Source: Mesotaenium endlicherianum (lineage: Eukaryota). Taken from it: a stretch of 64,000 nucleotides of DNA. A model generated the notes under the pieces. It was not told where the DNA came from, did no database searches, and worked only from the letters and a program-made list of their open reading frames with translations. Below, piece by piece: positions 37,001 to 48,492 of this stretch. The DNA is taken from NCBI GenBank assembly GCA_009602735.1, contig WELA01003597.1, forward strand, positions 403,265-467,264, written 5' to 3'. Positions within the stretch are counted from its first letter, which is position 1. Every line of letters begins with the position of its first letter. The translations under genes and the position numbers were made by a program.

Positions 37001-39193
37001 TTGGAGTTTGCCTACAACAACAGCATGCAGGGATCCACCAAGCAGTCACCATTCGCTATGGTTTATGGGCGAGAAGTATATCATCCAGGGAACATCTTGT
37101 TGGAGAAGGCCAAGGAGACTCAGGTTCCTACTACACAAGCTTTTATGGAGCAGATGGTCAAGACTTGGGATATGACGAAGACGTGTATTTGGAAGGCACA
37201 GGAGGAAAAGGTCAAGTATGCCAACAAGCACAGGAGGGAAGTGACATACCATGTGGGTGACAAAGTACTCTTGTCAACAGAGAACCTACCTTTCACAGGC
37301 AAGAGGAAACTGCGGGCACGATTTACAGGTCCCTTTGTGGTACTCAGGCAGGTTAATCCAGTGACCTACAAGTTGGAACTTCCTTCAGGTTGGCGTATCC
37401 ATGATGTGTTCCATGTCAGCTGTTTGCGGCCATACATTGACCCGAACGAAGGACATCCAGGACGACTACCTACACCGCCACCACCGGTCGAGATCGATGA
37501 TGTATTGGAGTATGAAGTGGAGGCGATTGTTGGCGATCGACGAGTCAAGCGAGGTCAACGACTTGTTCAAGAGTATCTGGTCAAGTGGAAGGACGACCAT
37601 GCGGACGACAACACTTGGGAGCCAAAAGCCAACTTGACTCATTGTAAGAGTAAGTTGAGACGTTATCTGCAGAATGCGTCGAGGACGTCGCATCTTGAGG
37701 AGGGGGATGATGTAAGGTCATAGGTTTATAAAGTGCATTTTTGAGTTTCATGAAAGTGTGTGTTGATTGTATAGTAGTATAGAGTGCATTTTTGTGGTCA
37801 TTTTGATATAAAGTTCATCAAATTTGGTCAAGTATTGAGAGAGTTACGGATTTCGGAAGTTTAATTAGTTTTGAGGTTGGTTGACGACTGTCCTTAATTC
37901 GCGGTGAGCGCGACCGTCGGATTGACCGACAGCGTCGAGCGATCTGGCCCGTTAGTGTGAACTCGAACCTTCACGTAAGTTCGGCTGACGTGGAGTGCCG
38001 ACTAGGTCGATTTACTTAGAAGTTTCGATTTAGCCTAGCGNTTAGAAGTTTCGATTTGGCCTAGCGCGTCTAAGATAGAATATTCTAGTAATGTCGATGC
38101 ATGTATGTGGACGTCAATTCGGCCCGGCATGTCAGATTAAACTGACCTGGCTTACTCACGAATATTCTGGAAGGGACGATTTGACGAACACTTAGGAAAA
38201 TCCGTAGCTTCCTCCTAGAGAGAAGCACTTAGGCAGAAAATTATAAATAGGCATAGCTTCTTTATTTCTTATCAGTTTTCATTTTTGTAAATTTCTACGG
38301 GTTTGTAATGACAAGACCTTTCATCCTAGTTCATTTGTGAGCAATTTCTTGACACCCAAAATGTCAAGTAATTTTCCTAAGCTTTGTTAGCAATATGTCG
38401 CTGCACTCTTTAGTATGATCGCAACTAGTTCCTTTCCTCGTGAGTCACTACGGTTCCACTAGGGCACTCGGCTCCTTTCGATGCGTTGCCAGCTGGGAAG
38501 CTGCTATTATTGGAACTTGCAGGTGGCCCGTGGAAAGGCATTAGTCTCAGCTTTGTCGTGGAATTGCCTACCACCTAAATGGGTCTCAATAGGGTGTTAA
38601 CAATCGTAAATTGTTTCACCAAGATGGCGCACTTTGTGGCCACTAAACCATCACTTGATGCAAAAGAGAGACATTTGTCTCTTCATTGATCATGTGTTCA
38701 AGTTACATGGCATGCCGAAAGAGATGATAAGTGATCGTGATATAATAAATTTGCGAGCCACTTCTGGCAGGAAGTTTGCACGTATTATGGCACAAAACTT
38801 AAGATGTCAACAAGCTTCAATCCTCAAAGCGATGGTTAGACGATTTGCATAAACAGCGTTTTACAGCAGTTCTTTAGACATTATGTGAATCCTCGTTAAG
38901 ACCACTGGGATACCGTCCTTTCAAGTTGCAGAGTTTGTTGTTAATAATGGTTATCAGGAAAGTGTTAAGAAAACGCTGTTTATTCTTAATTATGGACGAT
39001 ATTTGCACACTCTGTTGACACAAGTGGTTCTGAGTCAGATGGGGGTGTCAACCATGAGAGTACCAAGTGCACGCCAATTTGTCCATTTTTCTCAAGAGGT
39101 GCACAAACAGGCAAAGTTGGCCTTAGCCGCTGCCCGAGTAGAGCGCTCCAGGAGCTAAGGTATGGAGATCGGGACAAGCGAAGTGACATATGT

Positions 39194-39874
39194 TGAAAGG
39201 GGCAGAGTGCTCTAGTGGTAGCGTAGTGACTCGCGAGGAACCAAACTAGTTGCAATCATACTCTAGAGTGCAACGGCATATCACTAAGAAAACTTTGGAA
39301 ATTCACTAAACATTTTGAGTAGCAAGAAAGTGCTCACAAATGAAATATGATAAAAGGTTTCGTCATTACAAACCCGTAGAAATCTACAGAAGTGAAAATT
39401 GATAAGAAACGAATAAGTTATGCCTATTTATAATTTTCTACAACGATCGCTCGCCCCTACGAGGAAGGGCCGCTTCGCAACAAAATTTCTAAGTGTTTGT
39501 CAATGAGTAGGCAAGATCAGCCTCATCCGACGTGTCGGGCCAATTTGACGTCCACATGCATACATCAAAATGTCTTGAATGTACTAACTTAGGCGCGCTA
39601 GGCTAATCCGTAACTTCTTGGTAAATTGACCTGGTCGGCACTTCGCGTCAGCCGAAATTACATGAAGGTTCGAACTCACTCTAACCGCCCGAATTGCTTG
39701 ACTTTGTTGGTCAATCTGACGTTCGCGCCCACCGCAAATTAAGGACAGTCGTCGACCAACCTTGAAACTAATAAAACTTAAAAAATTCTTGACTTTCTCA
39801 TTACTTAACCAAATTTGACGAATTTTATATCAAAATGATCACAAAAATGCACTCTACAATTCTACGACCTTACA
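39194..39874 (-). mobile_element. Solo LTR of the element B family, inverted
   Basis: TGAAAGG...CCTTACA, reverse complement of 24145-24897; TSD TATGT/TACGT. Confidence 0.92.
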
Positions 39875-40252
39875 TACGTGTTACAATTTCCCAAGGTCCT
39901 CACTCAATCAGGTCAGGCCATAGACGTCCAAAACACACAACCAAAGTTGCAAAACTCTCAAAACCAAATTACAGTCGCGTAGACGCAAATCAGGAAGTAA
40001 AGAAATTTGCCTGCACCATCTTAAAAAATAATAACATTTCACCATATATAAAAATGAAATAATATCAAAGTGAAATTTGGTGAAAATAGTCAAAATAAGT
40101 TTTGATGTAAACGACACTTATCGTGTGGAAGGGAAATCTGCCGCCGAATCTAAACGGTCCAATCAGTGGTGATGGGGGTGGTGTGCCACCATTGCAACAA
40201 AAACCACGGATGTCCAGCAAAAATGAGCACTATATCAAGAAGACGTAGCGAG

Positions 40253-41253
40253 TGTAATGATTCCTACTTTGTGAGAATCTTTTCTAAGTTTTTCAAAAAT
40301 GAGCTGTGCCAGAACTAGACAAAAATGCAAGGACGAAAAGAGGTGCTAGCAGAGTTGCACTGAGATTGACTCTGCAAGTATATATACTTGCCAACGCCAG
40401 CCATCTGAGTGCGCTTGGCACTTCTGCCACACCTATGTTTACGGGGCTGTGACAGAAGAACCGTTACAGTTGATCGTAACAACCCAAAGGTTCTACCTCT
40501 TTACGTGATATGTCAGAGAAGACAAACCTCTTCTTGGGAGGTTTCATTGTGACTCTTGGTGGACTTCAAAAGTCTCATGACATTACGTAGGTGTCATTGT
40601 GCCTCTCGGTAATACAACATGTATTCTTAAAAAAATTTATATCGCGCTATGTATTATGTATTATAATCGATAATACAATGTATGTAGCCATGATTGATAT
40701 ATATGCCTACGTACAGACATTCCTATATATGTACAAACAATATCTATACGCAGCTATGCAAAGTATAGTTTGTGTACACATATGTATGTACATACTAGTA
40801 CGAACTATGCACTCATACGATGCAATAATGCCACGGTAGCTTATATATATACACGCATGTATATATGCAAATAAGCTACGTAATATTACGAAGCCTCAAG
40901 CCATAATATATGTAAATATAAATATAAATATAAGACAATATATAAGTAAATACATATTATATATAATATATACAAGAATATATTACTTACTATGCTTGCA
41001 TGCAATAGTGTGACTCGACCACCTAGTATGTAGTAATACACAAATGTATATTACTACAGCTTACACACTAATGCGAACACGGAGCTATAATGTATATATG
41101 CATATACATTACTGCGCTCTTTTGTCACTTGCCAAATGACAAACCAACATATGGTACACCCTTAATATACCATATACACGGGCAATGAAGGAAATTCTAG
41201 AACGGTAACGATATATAGCAATTTAATAATGGGCTATGAAGCGGATCGTTACA
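40253..41253 (-). mobile_element. Family X-related solo LTR
   Basis: Termini TGTAATGAT...ATCGTTACA, TSD GCGAG/ACGAG; the first 400 bp or so match 10547-10950. Confidence 0.85.
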
Positions 41254-42915
41254 ACGAGCGAACATTGCACAAGTTTATGCACACTTAACATACCACCCAC
41301 CCACCCAACTATTAAAATCGCGGGGTACCACCAAAGGGCGCACAAGCCCAAGGAGCTCAAAGAGCACAAGTCCTACCAGGAACCAAGGGACCTACACCCA
41401 AGGGGTGGACAACACTAGGGAACAGAACCATATGTCAATTCAGACGATCTTGGTCGTTGGAGATTGTAGAGTTAAAATACATAAGGTTTCCATGCAAATA
41501 AAATTCAAGAATAAAATCAAATCAAATCAAATCCATTGTCGAGGCACATATAGACATCAATAGCATAGCTAACCGACAGAGGTCGGGCTTATTCCCACAT
41601 GGAGTGATTCATAGTCGAATATCCGTCTGAGCAAGTATATATAATAGAAATAAGGATAGGGAGCGCACATTAAGTTCGAATGAAGGACTATACAAATAGT
41701 GACATAACTAGGTGCATTACCTGTACTATGCATAACAAAATAATGTTTCGCCAAACATAATTGTCGGATTATATCCAAACTAAAAACTTGAGTGCACAGC
41801 GAAGTCAGAAATTGAGTTCGATTTGCCCGTAAAGAAGGGTCTGAAACACGCAACCAGCATGGCCGTCATGAACATGACACTCTGATAGACCTGCATCATG
41901 CATGCATGATCTGGAGTCTGGACTCTGGACTCGGCACTTGAAAGTTACCATTCTCTGGCTTGCACTGGCTTCACCGATGCCTTCCCTGATTCAGATTCGT
42001 ATATCTCGAACAATTGCACCTTGGTTTCTGAGATGTGAGATCTTGACAGATGAATGGCTCGGCTGGACTGGCTTGATTGGTGCAGTATGACCTGGCTGCT
42101 TGTCCGGTAGTCTGGCGTTGATGACTTAAAGTGACTCCCATTGGCTGGCAACCTTCCGGTGGTGGTCCTCCTTTTGGTCTAGAAGAGTCTGGGACCACCT
42201 CGTGTCAGCCATACATGCTCCTGACTCCCTATTCTTCTATACTCCCTTCACAAGTTTCCCAGGAATTCAGGAAGGTTCGAGGTTCAGGTAAATATGGTGT
42301 TTAATGCCATTTACTTTCATCACATTTGACCTAATAAATCGGGCATAATAAAGTTTTAAAGAAAGCGTGCTGTATTTCTGATTTCTTGGGGTTAAACGGC
42401 ACCATGGTCGACGTATGCGGCTGTTAGGCTCTATATTTTGAATCTTGAACATTCTTTGCTCATCCAGAACATTTTTGGTACTAAGAGGATTCTCACGGCC
42501 AGAGAAAAGCGGCAGTCTCATTGACAGGTAGCCTCAAGCCGGCGAGAGGACTGGTGGCTAGCTGAGCCAAGCGTCGTGTAAGGGACGCAAAGGACTTAGC
42601 AAACCCTACTGCGGGAAGGAAGAGGCAGCATCTGTTAAGGGCTGGTCGAACTCTGCTCCGTGTTCGCTGAGCTTGTCACAGCGAAGTCTATGATCTGACC
42701 CTACGCTTCTTTCAAGGTATTCGTGTCGAAGGCGTGCCTCAAGACCTCTGGTGGCCTCTAGCTCGTCTCTGCTTCCAGTAGAACTTGGGAGCTTGGTAGG
42801 AACTCCCCTTGCAAAAGCAGGGGAGGTCAAGTTCTTGTCATTCGCTTGTTGGTAAAAATTGTCTAAGCCTCTGTGTAAAGAATTGAAGGAAACCATTGTG
42901 AATCCCAAGGCAGTC

Positions 42916-45900
42916 ATGGGAAGGAAACAACGGCCGGCTCCTGCTGAGCGTGCGTTTGCCTGCTTGTCTAGGTCATTCCATGATGTCCAGCGTGATGCAA
43001 AGAGTGATCTGAAGCTGATGTCTTCCCGAGCGCAGCACATCAAGGACATTGCCAACAGCCTTGATGACTGGGAGAACATCAAACTTCCGCTTGGTAGTGG
43101 CAAGGATATCTCTGCTGGAAAGTTACTGCAACACATCAAGGAAACCAGTAGAAGCGAATGGGAAAGTTTGAAGGCTCCTCTAAGTCCCGGGAAAGAGCTC
43201 AGTGGGGGGATACTTTCTCAAAATAAGGATGAGAGGAAGGGCATGTCATTTGGGCAGATGGGGTTAGATGACGCGGATGCTGCAGGAAAGCTACTGCAGA
43301 AAATAAAAGATAGTAGCAGGGCCTTATCTATGGTGGCTCCATCTTTAGAGGAACTTGAACTCTTCAGAAACTTGAAAGACCACGTTCCCGGCTCATTCAG
43401 GAGAGTGCAGTCAGATCCTCATTTGCCCTGGCTAGTAAATAAGAAGGACGGCAGTAGGAAACTGCTGCGACCCCCAACCAGAGGTCAGAGCTTGTTAAGG
43501 CTTGACGATTGGAACCTCAGCCAAGATAGCAAGAAGTGGCAACTAGGTACAGAAAACTGGGAGCCCCTGAAAAATCTCAAGGAGAATCTCAAAGAGCTGG
43601 AGGTTACTGCTGCAAGTAGCAAGACTCCGACTGAGTTCTTTCATAATATGCGGAAGAATCTGGTAAGCAGTTGTGCGCAATATTGCATTTCAAACACTTC
43701 TGTCAGTGCGTGAGTATATACCTTACGCTGAGGGATATAGACATCAGTTGTAATGCTGTGGTACTTCCGGAGTATTCTTGAAAACCGAAATGCAGTTATA
43801 TACACACCGTTCCATGCTTTGGGTTTGTATGGTGGCATGTTACTTGGGTGGGGGCTTCGTAACCAGACTAATGCTAGGGCCTTCATTTTTATGAGGACAA
43901 CGACTTCTTAAGATGCAATCGGCGAGCACTGCGTGGGAAAGTGAGAGTCATTCGATTTGCAGTTGCCATGCCAGTCTTATAGCAGTCTGGAATGGTGTAG
44001 CTGTAATATAAGTTTTATGTTCCTGTTGCTTTTGCAGAAGCTGGCTTCTCCAAGAGAGTCTGCAATCAAAGCAGAGGTAAGCTTGAGACTAGGCCATTAG
44101 GGGAGGGGCTGCATCTTGGCATCATGAGATGCGCACCGTAGGATCAATGAACACTGTTCCGTGTCATTATGGAGCCTACTGACTCCTATGCTAAGTTCTG
44201 AGATAAGAATGGACAGTTCTGATACCAGGGTTGGTGGCATTTCTCGCAGAAGCTATGGGTGTGAAGTCTCTTTTTGGGTTGACAGAGCTTGATTTTGAGA
44301 AGTTAGCAAATGAGGGAGGTTGTCTATGGGTAGTTTCGTTTGAGGGCAGCCCAATTCACGTTGGCGCATGGAGTTTCGTTCCTACTCCTGCCATCTGTCT
44401 ACATGTGCAATGTGGTGCTATTCTGAGGGCATGGGGGGTGATGTCAGAGTGCTAACCCATTATCTCTTATATGGGGGGCATTTGTCCTGGATCAACCAGC
44501 CGTGTATCCTGGCTCTTCCCTTCTTTCCACTCTTGTTTGTCCTCAATTAAGCCCTCCGCAGTCTTGTTTGCAGGACGTAGCTGTGCTTCCCTTGGACGTG
44601 CCTGAGCTTTTGGAGAACCTGGTGCGGCAGTCGGAGCCCCTCCTCGACACACTGGGTGTGAAGAAAGGTGAGGCGCAGATGTGTTTTGAGTCATTCCTGT
44701 ATGCTCTTGGGGTACTTCTATATGTACAGTCATTTGCATCTGTGCTGCTCATGCTTCAACTTCTATTGGAGTTGTTGGCACTCCTCTCACAATCCTGGAG
44801 CTGGCTGGTTGCATGAGCAGAGGTGTCCACAAAGGTGTGCCAGTATCTGAGGAGATGTAAGAAGGGCGCACAGCATGCGAGGGAGTCGGCGCCTGTCGCG
44901 GGCCTGACCCTTGTGGCCACCCCGCCCCCCTCCCCGGCATCAGGTGACAGCTGCAGTGCAGAGGAAGAGAGCCATCTGGAGTCCAGACTGGCGAGCATAG
45001 TGAAGAGCACGGGGTACAGGCACACGGAGAATGTGCTCGGGCAGGAGGAGGATGAGGGGATCGAGGGGAAGAAGAGACGCATTGCCATAGTCACCACGGC
45101 GACGCTGCCTTGGATGACGGGGACGGCCGTCAACCCCCTGCTGAGAGCGGCGTACCTGGCCAACACGGGCGAGCAGGAGGTGACACTTGTCGTCCCGTGG
45201 CTGTCGTTGAACGACCAGGCGCTCGTGTACCCAAACCAGATGACATTTGAGACACCGGCGGAGCAGGAGCAGTATTGCCGCGACTGGCTGCATGCGCGTG
45301 TAGGCTTCAACTCCGACTTTAAGATTGCCTTCTACCCCGGCAAGGTGAGGCTCATTCCACGACCCATCCCCAACCCGCCTAGTGCATCATCTCAGGCGCA
45401 TGCTGGCAAGGGCCTCTCATGTGTATGCGCACTTGTTCCCATCCCTGGTGAAGGTGTGAGACCGTGACTGCAGTACTGGCTTATGGGGTTTCCTTGCCTC
45501 GTGCTACTGCTAGTGCTGCAGCTAGGCTCTAAATTGAGTGATGTCCTCCCGTCCCTTCATTGACGTGTTACCCACTCCAGACAGGATCTCCTCTCTCAAT
45601 CTTTCGGAGCCCCTTGTTTCTGAGAGGATGGCAGGTTGTCGACCAGGGTGTCCGTACGCTGTCTCTCGGAGGCGTGGCCTTGCCGCCCGTGCCTTTTGCT
45701 GTGACCCCTACCTGACCTTGGTCGATCTGGGCCATGTGTGCGCCTGTGCGCGTGTCTGTGCGCAGTTCTCGGAGGACAAGCGCAGCATCCTGGCAGTGGG
45801 CGACATTTCGTCAGTGATCCCAGACCGCGAGGCGGACATTGCGGTGCTGGAGGAGCCGGAGCACCTGACATGGTACTACCACGGCACACGCTGGACTGAC

Positions 45901-48492
45901 AAGTTCCAGCATGTGGTGGGCGTCATCCACACCAACTACCTGGAGTACGTACGTCGTGAGAAGAACGGCGCCCTGCGGGCGCGCGTCCTGGAGCACATCA
46001 ACAACTGGATGGTCCGCGCCTACTGCCACAAGGTGGGTGCAAGAGTGCGGCGAGCACGTGCACGTGCAGGGCTGGGCTGGAGCTTGCGTTCTTTAGCTGT
46101 GGCTGTGCGGCTCTGCTTGTGTTGTTCAAGTACCCTCTCGTCCTGCCGGGGGACGGGGATGCTGATGATTGCTGTGGGGTTGTTGCTTCATTGGTATATT
46201 GTTTTTTGCTTCGGGCTGTGTCCATTCACAGGCACACTCTTGCATTCTGCCGCGTTGTGCTGTTGAGTCTTGTGTGCTACTTTATGGCGCAAGGAGGGCT
46301 GCCTGTGTGTGGTGATCATCCTCCTGTCTGATCTAGCACTTGAGGTGCTTTCAGTGGGCCTTTCATGCGGTTGCTGGGGTGTTTGTTCGAAACATTTCAT
46401 CATTTGAGTCTGAGCCTGAGCTTCACTTCACCATGCAATGTACTCCAGCAGCATTTACTAGAGAAGGGTTTGTGGGAAGTGGCAGGAGCTCATCCGTGTG
46501 CCTGTGCGCATTTGTATTCCTCCACCTGTGCCGCCAGGTCATCCGGTTGTCGGCGGCAACGCAGGACATGCCGCGCTCGACGGTGTGCAACGTGCACGGC
46601 GTGTCGTCCAAGTTCCTCTCCATCGGTGCGCGGATGGCCGACGAGGCCGCCAGCGGGCATGTTCCCTTCAGCAAGGGCGCCTACTACCTGGGCAAGATGG
46701 TGTGGAGCAAGGGCTACCGAGAGCTGGTGGACCTGCTGGCGGAGCACAACCGCAACGGTGCGCTGGAGGGCCTCAAGGTGGACGTGTACGGCACGGGCGA
46801 GGACTCAAACGCCGTGCAGGCCGCGGCGCAGCAGCATCGCCTGCGCATGAAGTTCCACAAGGGCCGCGACCACGCCGACTCCGCTCTGCACCAGTGAGTT
46901 GCTGCGCTGCTCTCTCTGTCGCCAACCCTATCCCATGGCGCCTCCTGCCTCATCTCGCCTGGTCAATTGGGCTGTTGCCCCTGCTGCCACTCTTGCTCTG
47001 ATATTGTTCTGTTCCTAGCGATGTCCGTCCCGTCTATCTCTCCGCCCTTGAGCCATGCCAGTACAGATAAAGCAGGTCTTCCGCTCTTTCGCTTGCGTTC
47101 AACTTAGCAGTCGGCATGACCAGCGCACGTCAAGCGGGGTGTCCCGCCTGCGTTGTGGCCTCCAATGATAATGCTGACACCTGCCTGTTTGCCTGCTTGT
47201 CGCGCGTGCTGTCTGCTTGTCCCCCAGGTACAAGGTGTTCATCAATCCCAGCATGAGCGACGTGGTGTGCACCACCACGGCCGAAGCGCTGGCCATGGGC
47301 AAGATCGTGGTGTGCGCGGATCACCCCTCCAACGAATTCTTTGTGCGCTTCCCCAACTGCTACACCTTCAAGACCAGCGAGGTACGCCCTCCCCCCTCCT
47401 CTCCCCCCCCNNNNNNNNNNNNNNNNNNNNNNNNNNNNNNNNNNNNNNNNNNNNNNNNNNNNNNNNNNNNNNNNNNNNNNNNNNNNNNNNNNNNNNNNNN
47501 NNNNNNNNNNNNNNNNNNNNNNNNNNNNNNNNNNNNNNNNNNNNNNNNNNNNNNNNNNNNNNNNNNNNNNNNNNNNNNNNNNNNNNNNNNNNNNNNNNNN
47601 NNNNNNNNNNNNNNNNNNNNNNNNNNNNNNNNNNNNNNNNNNNNNNNNNNNNNNNNNNNNNNNNNNNNNNNNNNNNNNNNNNNNNNNNNNNNNNNNNNNN
47701 NNNNNNNNNNNNNNNNNNNNNNNNNNNNNNNNNNNNNNNNNGCCCCGACCCCGCCCCGTCCCTTTGTGTCTGTGTTTATCAATCTCCCTTGGACCTGTAA
47801 CCCCGCCCCTTTCATTTACCTCCTACCCACTGGCTGACCTTTGTGCTTTGTGAGCAATTTACCAACAAAGATAGTGAAGTGGCTGGTTGACTGTTATGGC
47901 TTTCACTGCACACGCCCTCCCCAAACTCACTCACACATTCAGAGTGCTGACGCGGTCCTGGTGCTGCTTTTCTGCAAACTTGCAGGAGTTTGTGGAGAAG
48001 GTGAAGCTCGCCATGGCAGCAGAGCCTGTCCCTCTGAGCGAGGAGCAGCGCCACCTGTTGACATGGGAGGCCGCCACAGACCGCTTCCTTGACATTGCGG
48101 ACATCAATGCCCTGCCGCCCAAGGCCTCAAAGAGCTCGAAACGACGACACTCCTCAGCGTCCTCTGCTTGCACAAGCTCCAGCTCGCAATCCTCCTCCTC
48201 CCTCTCCTCTGCCTCCAATCTTTCCTCATCGGGCGCGGACACGTTGGCGGCAGCTGGCGGCGCAGCGGCTGGTGCATCTCTCAAGACGTTGTCCCTGTCA
48301 ATGGCGTCCCCGGCTGACTCCACGGAACTGGTGGACAGGGGCCTGGCGTTGGCGCACTACGTGGCGTCGGGCTTGGAGCCCTTCAGGGCCGTGCTTGGCG
48401 CAGGCTCCGACACGCTCCACTGCGGGCCCAAGCTGAGCCAGGAGCTGGGCTTGCCCCCCCCCTTGGTACAAAGACCTGTCTATGGCTGGTGA
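42916..48492 (+). CDS. DGD1: Digalactosyldiacylglycerol synthase 1-like (GT4) with N-terminal extension
   Basis: Exons 42916-43662, 44038-44076, 44574-44667, 44821-45344, 45766-46032, 46538-46893, 47228-47381, 47986-48492. Motifs [93 protein letters not shown] and terminal PVYGW. Confidence 0.96.

Larger units (their letters stand above)
27420..37723 (+). pseudogene. pol of element B (27420-28624 and 35310-37723)
   Basis: IVDSGAS, RT split at [21 protein letters not shown], integrase with GPF motif and chromodomain EYEVEAIV..YLVKWK..NTWEP. In-frame stops at 27841, 35678 and 35900. Confidence 0.93.
25815..38480 (+). mobile_element. Ty3/gypsy chromovirus (element B), defective, interrupted by element C
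   Basis: LTRs 25815-26558 and 37711-38480; TSD ATGCT/ATGCG; decayed PBS TAATATCGGAGC; PPT GAGGAGGGGGATGA at 37697-37710. Confidence 0.95.
22590..39190 (+). pseudogene. Highly decayed Ty3/gypsy pol of old host element A, in pieces (22590-24144, 24898-25814, 38481-39190)
   Basis: VVDSRASNSFIS (PR), PILFVQKKDG and DYRALNNITIKNRYSLP (RT), ADASGVGIG (RH), CATCQ and KMAHFV..VFKLHGMPKEMISDRD (IN); collinear once the insertions are removed. Confidence 0.85.

Noticed and set aside
38015..38066. Short duplication in the 3' LTR of element B
   Set aside because: Centred on a single N; probably a contig-join artefact.
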